A stretch of 64,000 bases of DNA, from contig CM120649.1 in the NCBI GenBank assembly GCA_051362555.1, positions 806,001 to 870,000 of the forward strand, written 5' to 3'. Made by a program: the position numbers and the translations under genes. Numbering within the stretch: position 1 is the first letter of the stretch; the number at the start of each line of letters is the position of its first letter. This stretch comes from Lingula anatina (taxonomy: Eukaryota > Animalia > Brachiopoda). This document shows positions 35,612 to 48,697 of the stretch, piece after piece. The notes under the pieces are model-generated. The model ran no database searches. It was not told where the DNA came from and worked only from the letters and a program-made list of their open reading frames with translations.

Positions 35612-37721
35612 TAAGATTGTTGAAGATCAGCAGAAGTTCATATAAAATTGGCCCTGACTTTCCATCGGTAATTATTTCGCCCAACAATCCATGACATCAT
35701 TAGATATAGCGCAGTTATATGAATTGATTATTTCGTAAAACTGGAATCTTGATTTTACTCACTTAATCATAGGCGTACCGTTATGAGATACGAATGATAA
35801 ACACTGGATTGACTTTTATTTGTTAATTACTAACGACCAATCGTTTGTTATATAGCGGAAAAACATTTCTCAAAATCGACCATATTGCGTTCAATAGCAT
35901 TTCACACGTATTGCATGGAACGTCTAGGTCTGATCAAAATACCTAAATTGAGGAAAATGCTACGAGATCATGCTTTCATAATCAGCATATTTTGACGTCA
36001 TAATCCAGAAAAAATGACTATTTTACAAGCAGTTCGAATTCATATCCATAAAACGTTCGTCGTCTGCGTAAGTAAATAAATACATAAATAGATAAATAAA
36101 TGAATAAATAAGCAAGTAAATAAATAAATGAATGATTGGCATAGACTGTGAATGTCTTAATTTATTGAAAATGGACATTTTTTGAAGATCGTCTGCTTCA
36201 ACCTGGGCCGCATCATGTCCAGGGAACAAATCAAACACTCAATAAAATCCCATCTGTCGTCTGCATAAGAATGGAATAGCGAGAAAACGCACATGTTACG
36301 TCTGCGACTGCTTTCAGTGATGAAGTCGCATAAATTGCAGAAATTTTGACAATGCCACCAGACATTCGCACATTCCATCTGTCGTCTGCTCCAGATTTAG
36401 AATATCAATATAAAAACATAATCACGACGTGATGAAGTGACGTTTACGTATACGACAATCCACCAATCATGGTCACGTCACAAGACAAAAAATCTACCAG
36501 TTGCAAAAGACTTCAAAATCGTGAAAACTGGGCACGATTCAACGATCATCCACCTTATATTAGAATCTCACGAAGTATATGTTTTATAAAATCCACCCAC
36601 TGTAATTTAGAAGCCAGCCTCTTGGTATTCCATTTGTCGTTTATACGCTGCTAGAACATAAAGATATAAAGCTTGATCACGACTTCATTCCGTCATTACA
36701 CCCGGCGCTTGGAAGGATCGCTTAATACACGTAGGAGAAAATTCATAAAATCTTGCCATGACATCGTCGCCATGAAACATCCTATCTGTCGTCTGCCTGA
36801 GACTAAAAAAATCGAGAAAAGCAGCGCGACCACGACTTGATTCAGTGATAATTTATGGCATATTGGAATGGTGTGCGGGTCTATCGCGCTCAGTAGTCAT
36901 TAAGTATGACGGCCTCCATGCATCAGCGTGAATAGAGATATTGAACAGGAGAAATAGAATAGAGAAAGAGCTAGCGAGCGAGAGAGAGCAACGCCGCGCT
37001 GGATACAACACGTTTATTGCATATGGCGGCTTCGGGGGATGAAAAAACAGCACTAGAGTGGTACATTATGCCTTAGGACCCTCTCTAGTTAAACGGTTCT
37101 TAAACACTGTGGTTTTGTACATGCCAAAGGCGAGGGCTAAGCCCGTAGGAATACTTTCAGGGATTCCGTGTATAAATCAGGTAAGCAAAGCGCAGTTTAT
37201 CATTCAGCAATGGATATTACTGTCATGAATGGTGATACTGATGAACAACAGGTTGCAGCGGAGCAGTGTGTTTCAGAACCGTTCTGGCCATTGGGAAACA
37301 AAACCGGTAAGCAATAAATAAACGTGTAAGCCGCGTCGCAGCATACATATCAAACGCGCCAGCACCTAATGAAGGCGGCTTTGATTAATTAATAAACAAA
37401 ATGGAAATATAAAAATCTAGTTCAATAGCGAATGTGGGTTTGTCAGTTCATAGGCGACGGTTTCATTTGGGAAATATTTGCAACGACAAGGCTAGATCAA
37501 CTAAATAGGCAATATACTTAGAGTGCTTTTTACAGCAAGCATTATGACAGCGTCCATCAGCAGCCTGTGCACATATTAATAGGAAGCAAGTTAATTAGGA
37601 CATGTAGGTGCGAACCAGGGGGATAGTATTAATGTATTAATCATGTAATTTATAGTGGAAGATTAATATAGCCTAAATAACACGAAGATGAATGGATGTC
37701 GTATTTTAACACTTAATGGGA

Positions 37722-37974
37722 CCATGGCGGCTCAGTTAACTGATGAAATGATCCCGGCAGTTTCGGTGCCATGCCACCATATGGTTGACGTGTGAGTACC
37801 TTCGCCAGTCTTCCCGCGGGTGGCCATTTGCCAGTTGACGAAGGCAAGGTGTATCGTAAGTAACGGAGTGAATTCTGTGGTTCGTATTTAGATATGTATC
37901 GTGTATTTTTCAAGTCAATATTTGTATATTCTAAAAATAGTGATGGCGGCACATGTTAAGCTGAGTTGCCACTG
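37722..37974. mobile_element. Probable degenerate MITE
   Basis: TGGCGGCTCAGTTAAC (37724) pairs imperfectly with GTTAAGCTGAGTTGCCA (~37955-37971). Inner TGCCACCAT / ATGGCGGCA. Confidence 0.45.
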
Positions 37975-40900
37975 GTTGGAGTGTCATAATCGAATCCCTT
38001 CAAAATGTACGTAATGAATTGAAACAGGCTGCTGATTTTAAATGTGATGGTGGTTGCAGAGAGGAGTCAGGGGATTTACTGGGTAACGGGTCTGAAAGAG
38101 ACGAAAAAACGGGTGGGGAGGGGGCAAAGTTAGGTGCTTAAAGTTGGCCAACAGCTAGCTGAGGTCTCGACTCGCGGTGTGATCAGTTCGTGGCGGTTTA
38201 CTAAAAAGTATATATTTAACTCGAAGAAGTAGAAAAGGTCCCCACCAACCGTCCCACCTGCCTTCTTCACTTACCGTAGGACTGACGGGATAAACGGTAA
38301 GATTGTTGCCTCAGCACCAACATCTCCCTCGATATCAGGGGCTTCTAAAATAAAAGTATAGGGACTAGGTACAATACAATGATTTTGTAACAGTCTACTA
38401 TCGCACCTTGTAGTCTTCAAATAGGGGAGGTGTCGTGAGGCTTGAACAGTCGTCTGCCAGGCCAGAAAATAGGGCTCGTCTTGGATTCCGATTTAAATGT
38501 GCATTTGGTCTGGAGTGTTTGATTATCTCGAAGAGAGCTGCATACGCATTGCAGCATAGAACATCTGACTTACATCCTCCGAGAATTTTATTGATGAATT
38601 TGTATTTTGCAACGTGAAGTATTCCAGTGGCATTCTTTGTCTAGGGCCTGATCAAGACCTTAATTGAAAAAAAAAAGATACCCTACTATGCTAGAACCCA
38701 TATACCACCAAGAAACCACTGCGGTCTTGCCCGCAAAATGTAAGGTTTTTTTTCACGTATTGTTTTCATTATCTTGGCGATTCACATTGTATGCGGGATA
38801 CTAGGAAACATGATACCTTGATTTATAAAACAGATGCGCATTACGTTTCAATGTCACGATTTTTATTCCCCGGATCTCGCTGTCGTGACGGTATCCTCGG
38901 TGTTATGATAGTAAGTCGAGATAATTGTCGGTCGCTTTCTCAAGCACTCAGTGGTATACGAATGCAAAAGGGTTTCATGCTTTTTTTCATAAAAGGCGTG
39001 AAAGATCTAATTACCAAGATACGTTAATTAATATAATACTAACATACTAAGGGGTATGACAACAGGAATAAAGCCACGATATTGACGCCAGGCAGCTAGT
39101 GAGCTTCTGTGGAAAATTGTGTAGCTGATTAGAAATTTAATCAAAGGCACAGATTGTGTTTTGATGTTTTGTTGCCCGCCTTGGGTTACTTTTTAATGTG
39201 TTAACGTGTCTGAAAACACGTCATGATGGAGACTGAAGAATAGCAGTTCTCATTGTTTTATGTACTCAAAGAGCACCCTGAGTTTGACGGGTTGTGAAAT
39301 ACTTATCCTTACTGTCACCATGTCTCTGAATCTTTGAGTAGGTAATGAGCAGCAGGGTGGAAATGAGATAATTGGATGTATACGTTAGGATACGCTGTGT
39401 AAGCCCCCCCCCCTCCACCCCACCTCCACCCACCCACCCCCTCAGCACTTTTAAAACGTGCCGGACATCCAAACATCCCGAGAAAAATCATGAGTCCTCC
39501 AATTTAACCGCAGTAAAACCCTAGGCTCGCTATAGTTAACGTGTATGATACATGTAGCGAATATGTGAAATACAGTCCCTGTATTAGTCGATGAATAGCA
39601 GGCCATAAAACATAGACTTTTACATGTACATCGAAGGTAGCTTGATTCATATTGAACATCACTCCTATAATAATATCGTATTAAGTAAATAAGACCTATC
39701 ATCGGTGAACACGCTGCGTTCTTAGAAATGAGGAAACGGACAATTGAAATAAGAACGCGCGTGGTTCCAGTGCAGATCAAGTGTGGGGGAGTAGAGCCGC
39801 AGATGTGCATGACACTTGACAGTGAGCGTCCGTGATAAAATATCGCCTTTCGATCTTTTTATACTTGCCACTGACATTTGGACTGCTGCTGGCGCAATGT
39901 TAAGATAGCTCCAATTACAAATTAGCAAAAAATGAAGGTGGACTGTGAAAGGGCGGCGACGGCAGATGCTGCACGAATGTGACAGATCCGATTTTTTTGT
40001 CTGACAGCACAATGTTCTGGAAAGAAAGCCATTTCTCCTACAGAATGGGAAGGAATATACGGGCTAACATAAAAGCATGTTTCAGGTACTCAGTGCTTTA
40101 AAATTTACCTAGCTTTACCATTTTGTCAAGAAAACTATGTTAGATACGTGTAGTCGACACAGATTCAAACATAGTGCTCATATCCCCTGTCAGTGTGTGA
40201 CTTAAGCCCAAGGGGCTGACTTCAAATTAAAACGATAATGATGATAATGATTGAAGAGAGGTATTATGTGAAAGGAAGGTCACCCTCTATAATGCAAATA
40301 ATTGTTTGAACCTTGCAATAGCCCATTGGCAAAATTTGTTCTCCGCTTTTACACAGATTATTCAGACCTTTTTAATAAAAACTGAACATAAAAACACGAG
40401 GAGCGATAAAAAGAATCAGAATCGCTAGTACAACCACATAGTCAACACGCTGACACTGTCATTTTCCCTTTTCTCTTCATAAGTACAGCTATAATTCTAC
40501 ATCTATAAATATGCTCTCTCTTTATATAGTATTTTTAGATCATAGCCATATTATCAAACGGTGCTCGTATCAAGAAAAGAATCTAATAACAATGAATAAT
40601 ATCTGCGCTTTGTCCCTCACAAAGAATGCTTGACTTTCACCGCATTTTCATCACAATTGCGTTCTCTATCTTTATCCTATAATATCGCATAATTCCCCCT
40701 TTCGCTTTTTTTAATTAAAATGCCTCCTGAATAGTTGATTCCATATTTAAACACAATAGCCTGGAGGTAATTTACTGCAGGATGGATGACAATACTCAAA
40801 GAAACCAGAAGGCATGATGGGAATAACAGAAATGACTCATATGCGTAGGAGTCGGGGAGGGGGAGGGAGGGAGGGGGGTAAACTTATCTGCCCACCCCCA

Positions 40901-43335
40901 CTTTTTAACCACACCTGTAGGGGGAGGGGTGGGGGTAAGAGGTCGTGTTACTCCTGTAAGACAGACGGATATTGTTAATAAATGATTAAACGTTACGTCG
41001 AAGTCCTAGTCCACGTACAGTCGACCTACCAGTATGGCGCTGTACATGTACTTCAAAATATCTGTCATCTTTCCCCGTCCGTTGCTATTTTTTTTTCTAA
41101 ATTGCCCACCGCTTTCAACTCCTAAAATTGGCTTCCAACACCGCTATGTGTGTACGTGGTCCGAAGATAACAGACACTTTACATACCCGGTAGGAATTTG
41201 TAGTTTTCAAGTATTTCTGTAATAGTTGGAATAATACCATTAGTCTTTATGTTACGTATCAGTAATCTATATGTTACGTATCAGCGTTAAGCTGGAGCAA
41301 GCTGCTGATTTGCGCATGCAGGATCAAATAATGGCCTCCATATGAATGACGTGTTGACTTGGTTTGAAGGGGGATCGTGAAGGCTCCCCCTCCCCCCCCC
41401 ACCCCCACCCCCTTTCTCATCTCCACAGTTATGTTGATTATTGCAAAATTCCGGTAATGGAAGGACATTTATATGTATACGTGTCTATTTCAATATATAT
41501 ATATATTTTTTCTCTTTTTTTTACTGGTAACCTAGGCTGTGAAGCAGAATTTCAAGTAGTGTTAGAAGTCAATGACCGTTGTTAATGCACCATAATTATT
41601 GTGTGCGAGTTCGCACGCGAAGTGCTAATTTCTCGGCCCAGGTCTTAAGCAGTTTTAATTTTGCCTAACTTGTTTTACAACATATGACATGATATGATAT
41701 ATAGATGATGTATATGGGAAGTTATGAGTTGAGATCTACTTTTGAGACCACCTGGACTTTGTTGAGTCACGTTAGATCAATATTATATACCGGTGAAATA
41801 GGCGCCAAAATGGTTTGACCCAGGCTGCAGGTAAAATTTCAGTAAAGCGTCTTTCATCTGAGCTTTTCCTGACCACTTCCCACAGTTAGAGCATTCACCT
41901 ACGAAACATAATTATCTGGCTTCAGAATGCGTCATCTGTAGATTTTTATTGACAAGATGTAAGGCGGGGGGGGGGGAGATGATTCACATACAAAAGCAGA
42001 TATAGGGGGCGGGGCCTCAGTGAACACGTGACTATCCTTAATTTAACTCTCTCCCCCCCCCCCCCAAACCATGCAACTTTTTCATACAGGAGTCAATTAA
42101 AATATCTAGACATAAATTTCAATCGAAGCGACACACTTTTTTGTCGTTCCCAACTGGTTGTGCCAATGGCAAGTTAAAAATTGGTATGTTAAATGTGCCC
42201 CGCCCCCCTCTGGGTCCGTCTATGTCACATCCGGGTATCGTCCGGATATCAAGAGAAGCCTTTTCTAGCTGAGCCTCTTGTAATTAGTTTGATCATGTGG
42301 ACAGTCTGTGAACTGGTTCGTATTAATGACATGCATTAATTCTGAAAGACGCTCGTTCTTTGAACACTAGCACGAGTGATGATTGAATGCTAGCATCTCT
42401 TTGACCAGTTGCTATTCTTGAAGAGGTTTTATTTCCCACGTGTTTTTCATTCGATCTGTTTTGCGGCAGGGGTTAATTGAGTATTAGACCAGAGAATATT
42501 AGACATAGCGTTCACTCGTTTTAAAACCGGATGGGACCGAGACCGAGACTGTCGTTGTCAAGGGGGTGGAGGGTTGGGGGTGGGGGATGTTAAAGCGAAA
42601 CATCACTCCCTGGGGCCTTATACATGTATGAATAAAATTGTAATTTCTTGACATTTGTTGTCAGTTTATCCAGATTTTGATCACAGCAGGGGTTAACTGG
42701 AAAGACGGGTAGTTATCATCCGGGTATTTACAATCATCCGGGTATTGGTGTCACGGGTGCCAGTAGATTCCCGTTCCTTTATTTGAATGCATATTACAGC
42801 AAAAACGCCATAAGTGATCTGATGCCATGATTTCAAAATAAATTTTTAAGTTAAATGTAGGCTAGGTAACTTTGAAGAAAATAGACTGCTGACAAAAATT
42901 CCGTGACAAAAACGGGTCTACTGCTAGTTGTTGACCAGATTTGGTAAAAAAAATTGAAGCACTACAATAAAAAGTTAAAAGGTAAAAGAGTTTAAATTAC
43001 ATTCCAGGCAATCAGGACTGGGGGAGAGGATTCAAACGTTTTGTCTTTGATTTTGGGTACGAAATATCGGTTTCCATTACCAAGTCAATTCGTGTGTCAT
43101 TACTTCAAAGGGGTTCCTGAAGATGGATGACGGCTCACAAATGGTGTGTTTGATTGGTTTTGTGTTCTTTATTTAGTGTTTGAATCTATCAAATATAATG
43201 TTCAAACGGATTTTTTAACTTGTCCAGAAATCAGTATTGTTTGAATGAGAACTCGTGTTTCAGTTTAATGCACTAAAGGAATAAGCCTACGCATATACGA
43301 AAGGTGGATTCAGATAAAAGCATTTAGCCTCTTCT

Positions 43336-43340
<5 letters not shown>

Positions 43341-43383
<43 letters not shown>
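43341..43383. repeat. Poly(A) tract, 43 nt
   Basis: Directly visible; other homopolymers at 14434-14461 (A) and ~25207-25231 (T). Confidence 0.95.
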
Positions 43384-43385
<2 letters not shown>

Positions 43386-45367
43386 CTAAAATGTGTGTTT
43401 TGTACAGTCAGCTAGGTGATAATAAATAGAAAAATGATGTGGAAAAAGTACTCTTCTTTTCTCCCTAAGCAACTGGTTTAGGACCAGTCTTACCACTAAA
43501 GTAAAGACATATTCATGTACATATACAAATCCTGTTCCTATGCCTAGTATAGATCCTGTTGCTCGATACACGCGGACGCATGCACCGGTACCTTGAACCG
43601 AGCGGAGAGAATGTCCGAACGTGTATGAAAAAGCCACTGGCAACTAGATGACTTATCGACCTTTCATCCATCAATTTCAGAGTCGTTATAGGATCGTGAT
43701 GCCGTAGTTTAACTATCCGTTAACATGAAAATTTATATGAAATGTGGTCTGTCGTTTCTTAGAAAGATTACCATTACCCTGGAGCCATAATCCTCTTTGG
43801 CGAATCTTGTTTCTCTGGCCATTAATCCCCCGAACGCGCGCTGTTTCAGTGCGACCTTATCATTTTGTCTTAAATTAACTTACTTTATTACACAGACTTA
43901 ACCTGCTTGTTTCCTATTAGATATTGGTAAATGGACTCCTTTATCAAAGGTCCCCACAATAAAGTGTCATATTTCATAGGTATTCTACATTTAGCTGTAG
44001 TTATACCGGGAATTATCAGCCAAAGTTCGTGTCACACCGAAGAAGAGATCCGGAAAGAAAGAAAGCACCTACTAAGGTAATTGAGCAATTGTGTGGAAAT
44101 TGAAAATATTTTTTACTTAAGGTTTATTCCCTAACGCATCATACAAGGTGAAGCTAGGCAGAGATGACATAAAATAAATATTGAAAACGATGACAGGCCT
44201 ATTCCAATAGGTACTGGTGTTCTTTTAAATAGAAACAGTGGTGGACAGTCGTGAGCATGTGTGTGTTGGGGGGGGGGGGGGGGGGGGCATGTCTGGTACT
44301 TTAGGCATCTTATGTTACATTCCTTTAAAAAGAATTAAGGAAAATAGGTGACGTCTTGGTGTATGCTTTGTATAAATAAGACTCCAAAATTTCTAACCTC
44401 AGGTTGTAAAATAGAAACAGTGAAGTATTGTACATTTTATATAGCTCTATATCCTTATTAAAATATGGCGTATGGGCGATGTAATAATTATGGGCCGGAC
44501 AAACCCTTGTACTGGGATTCAAAATGGAGCCCCCCCCTCCCCCACCCCCCACCCCACCCCCACCCATGGGCTGGTTTCAGGATCATGCAAAAGGTATTTA
44601 TCAAACACATGCTCTGCGGTAGGCAAAATCGTTGTGTACCTAATCAGTGGTAGGACAAAATTTACCATGCAGTCACAACGAGCTTGATATTTTATTACAT
44701 TGTTAATAGCCTGGCCTATAAATATGACAAAGCCTCGAATTATAATTCAGTTTGTATCAGCAGAACATGCATAATTGAACATGCGGGCAATTGTCAATTT
44801 TCTGGACATGATAATTTGTTTTTGTATCTTTCTATCATCCACGTAGGGCATGTGCATTTGTTGTACAACTATACACACCAACCATGCTATACATTCTGTA
44901 GGGATGAAAAGAGATTTAGGGTAATGTACTGAATTCAGTTTCGGGTGAATAAATAAATGAATGAATGAATGAAAAGCTGGCTAAATGCATCAAGAAATCA
45001 AGGTCATTCGTCCGCTTCCACGACCGACTATAGTAAAGTGCTGTGTACCCACATATTCATATCCAAAAATTTACACACATATTAACGTACGGGCATAATT
45101 TAGCATTAGTACATACATGCGCACATATTGATAGAAAACCAATTTGGCCCACTTAGAGGTTTGTATAGGAGCAAATATGCACGTCCCAAATTTGTAGTGC
45201 AAATACAAATAGTTTCATGTCGGTATTTATCACAACAATTTGCTCTAGTCAAGAGCTTAAGCACGCACTTTAGATATAGAGTGATGTTTGCTTGACGACC
45301 TTCACGCTTTTGTATAGTATATGACTACAGCATGACGTCAGCGTGACGTCATTATAAGTCGTATTTC

Positions 45368-45459
45368 GCACACAAACACACACACACGCGTACACTCACA
45401 CAGGCGCGCGCATGCACCAACACACACACACACACACGCACACACACACACACACACAC
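45368..45459. repeat. Imperfect (CA)n microsatellite
   Basis: Directly visible. Confidence 0.92.
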
Positions 45460-47131
45460 GATATCTATGCATATTTCACAAGAACCGAAAAAAATGAGGA
45501 AAAAACCCAAGACCACCTGGGCACTTCAGTAATATAGTTTAATTGTTGCATATTTTCAGCGATGTTTTAACCTATTAACGCTAAAAGCACGTCAAAGAGG
45601 CGTGACACCTGAGCTTGACAGGCTTTTATCCGGCTCTGCTTAGATAACGCATGGAAATAGAAAAAACTAAACAACTGAAAAGGGTAACCAGGTGCTTTTG
45701 AAAATACGGAATATAATTATCTTACTGCAGGTGCGTACTCAAAGGCACAATAGGCAGGATTACGTCAGTCGTGTAATTGCATGTTTACACCCGCTACATC
45801 TGGGACTGTTTTTTTAAAAGGCCATTGTTGCTTGGGTTAAAGCTTTCTTGGCGTCCAGTTTTGGTATGAATGGATGCATTATCCACGCCTGATCTTCCGG
45901 TTTGGGTCCAAAACTGTATCTTAGATCAGTATCAGTGCACGGGCGTTTACACACGCACAAATTAAAAGACACCAAACACGCAGAGACGCACGCACGCACG
46001 CACACACCCAAACATATATATTAACGTTCTGAGTATCACTGCGTACACTTTCACTGGCGCACTCACGTAGACATACACACACGTTCAGGTACACACACAC
46101 GCGCTCACACACACGCATGTGTTCAATGGAGGCAAGCGCACACATCTTCCACACGCTCACTAACACCGGCAACAGCTGTGGCGATTCATTCCATTGGGAC
46201 ACTCCACAAAAAGTGAAGATTTGAGTCACGTCATGTACAGTGTAGTAACGCATATATTCTGTGTAATATTTGCATAATTACGTCATGCTCTATTATTTTC
46301 ACTGCTTTTTGATATAGAAGTACCGTCTAATATGGGAAGAAAGCTACAGTATTTATAGAGATCACACAATACCGTCTTGCAAATATAACACAAATGAGTG
46401 CGTCGCTTACTGGACAAAAATGTCACCTTTTTTGTGGCCCTTTTTTTTTGCCTGTCGTGTTATATGGAACAAAATACTCTCCGTGATCACCGTGTCACGT
46501 CATTAGGGACCTGAATGTTAAAGATTAATTGGTTTATTCTGTTAGAGATGCTCCTCCTCATTATAGCTAAAAGCCTAGCATAAGGTTCTATTAGCATTAT
46601 TAGATAATTGTTGTCACTGTCTCATGTTCCGCCGGCAAAGATGGCTTCAAACGACAACCTCGACATTGAAACAAAGGGAACAAAGGAGCAGAGCGTTATA
46701 AAAAACTTACAGTAAATGGAATTGGAAATGCTTCTTCCATGAAATATTGTTTGTCCCCAAAATTCTCTCTCTCCTCTCTCTCTCTACCTACCTAGACTGC
46801 CTGATGACGTCAATTGGATTAATTCCGAGTATACCAGTCTATCAGCTTTAATTGTCTGTGTGTATTAGCGTCCTTATAGGGAAGTTAATCTATTCCTGAA
46901 AGTTATCGACGAATACTGATGTTATAGCTCATATGATCTGACAGAGATACGAGCAGCGATTCATGAATTGTAAGACGTATTGAATAAGCAACCCAGCTTG
47001 GTTCCAATAGGTTGCCATATTGACGCAAGACGTGCATTAATGATAGGCGCTACTACACTGAAATGAAATAGTGTTTCATTATATTTTATTTATTTTTTTT
47101 TTGGGGGGGGGTACACTGACATGAAGGAAAA

Positions 47132-47166
<35 letters not shown>

Positions 47167-47174
47167 CGCGCGCG
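47132..47174. repeat. (GT)n(GC)n alternating purine-pyrimidine tract
   Basis: Directly visible. Confidence 0.95.
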
Positions 47175-47336
47175 GAGTGGGTAGCAGTACTTTTGCAGAA
47201 AATATATTTTAGCGTCGTGTCCTTTTTTCGCTTAGCCTTCAGGCTTCTTACATTTTTGACAGATGTGGTTGATAAATTGGGGTGGGGGTTAGGTGGGGAG
47301 AGGCCCCCTAACAGAAGTAAATTATTGGGATAAATG

Positions 47337-47601
47337 ACTAAGGCAAGATTGAAATTCAGTCAGATGTTAAATCCGCCTAGGCGAGACTGAAATTTTAATT
47401 TTTTGTCTAGACGGGTTGCAAATCATCCTAGGTCCGCTTAGGCCAGAAATCCCCGGCCACAAACCATTTTTAATTATAGATAACTAAATAACATCCCCAA
47501 TAAAGCCATTTTAGTAATAAAATCTACGGATTGGAGCCTATTGACATTTCAATCTCGCCTAGATGGTTTTGAAATCTGCATGGATTTTAATCTTGCCCGT
47601 G
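47337..47601. mobile_element. MITE with ~55-bp imperfect TIRs
   Basis: GGCAAGATTGAAATTCA..CTAGGCGAGACTGAAAT pairs with ATTTCAATCTCGCCTAG..TGGATTTTAATCTTGCC. Confidence 0.75.
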
Positions 47602-48249
47602 AAGTACATGTATATGTACTTAAGTAAGATTAACATTTATATACTGTCAAGTTAATACGACTATCATTTCTTCCAAATCTCTTTAATACTTATTTAAAGA
47701 CCTTTTGTTAGATCGCCTTTCATTTATTTTAGCACTCGAGCGAATAAGAAGCCTCATTGCTTAATGTAATGAAATGAATCTTGTATCTGTCCCCGTTTTG
47801 AGACAGAGAGATATCTAACGTACGTAGAAGCTTGTCAACTTCTGAAGCACTGATAGTGGACGGGTTCATGGTGCATTAATTTCGTAGTGGAAACTGTCTT
47901 TCGGTTATTAATTAGGTGCTTCTGAGTGCTTAATTAAGTACGTTGTAGAATCTAAATATATACCCCGGACTGGTTTTGGTAAAAGTCATCTGTGAAGAAC
48001 AACGAGAGAGGAGTCTTATATCATTATGATGAATTAATTTGAACATCGTATTATCAGCATCACAGATGGCAATGTCCGTTCGGAGCGTTCATCCCATTCT
48101 CCGAAGCGCCAGTCGTGGGATAAGTCATTTACTACTCGGCTGCACCTCGATATACATGTAATTACGCTCTTATAAATGGGATACAGTGGATGATTTTTGT
48201 TGTAACTAGTACTAAATTCAATAACATATGCCCACATATATGAAACTTT

Positions 48250-48433
48250 ATGATTCAGAACAGAGGACTAACAGATCTGCGGATCAAATCTGACGAGCCA
48301 CTTAAAAATGTGCCGCTTAATACCCTATAAGACACTGAAAAGATTCCCGGGAGGAATCACGCAAGAAGCATTCAAGTGAGTCGGCCATATTTGATCGGTG
48401 GTACTGTCTATAGTCCACTCTTCTGAATGCGCT
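48250..48433 (-). mobile_element. Diverged relative of MITE family B
   Basis: TTCAGAACAGAGGACTA..GATCAAAT / ATTTGATC..TAGTCCACTCTTCTGAA inverted ends. ATTCAAGTGAGTCGGCCATATTTGA is shared with 20261-20285. Confidence 0.65.
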
Positions 48434-48471
48434 CTTTGGCTAACGGTGGTGTCAAACAGTCTGTGAATTTT

Positions 48472-48697
48472 GGGTGCTTTCCCAGAGGTTTAGATCGATC
48501 TAAAGATTAAGTTTTAGATCGACCTAATTCCCTGGGGGTTCAGGCTTAATTGCAGTCAGCCGAGCGGACACCATAGTTAATTACCCCCTTACAGCTTGTA
48601 GTAGGCGGGACGGACATTTAAGCCGGATTATCTGACAGTAATCTAGTGAGACTCCCCGCGGGGATAGATCGATCTGAAAATCTATGGAAATGGGGTG
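48472..48697 (+). mobile_element. MITE family A copy
   Basis: 226 bp, TSD TTT/TTT, termini essentially the same as the 15717 copy. Confidence 0.85.

Noticed and set aside
36055-36800. CRISPR-like repeat-spacer pattern (GTCGTCTGC)
   Set aside because: The repeat is only 9-14 bp, spacing is irregular, there are no cas genes, and the context is eukaryotic.
43545-43645. Possible tRNA-derived SINE head on the minus strand near the poly(A) tract
   Set aside because: A/B-box matches are weak, no cloverleaf forms, and the tract reads as poly(T) on that strand.
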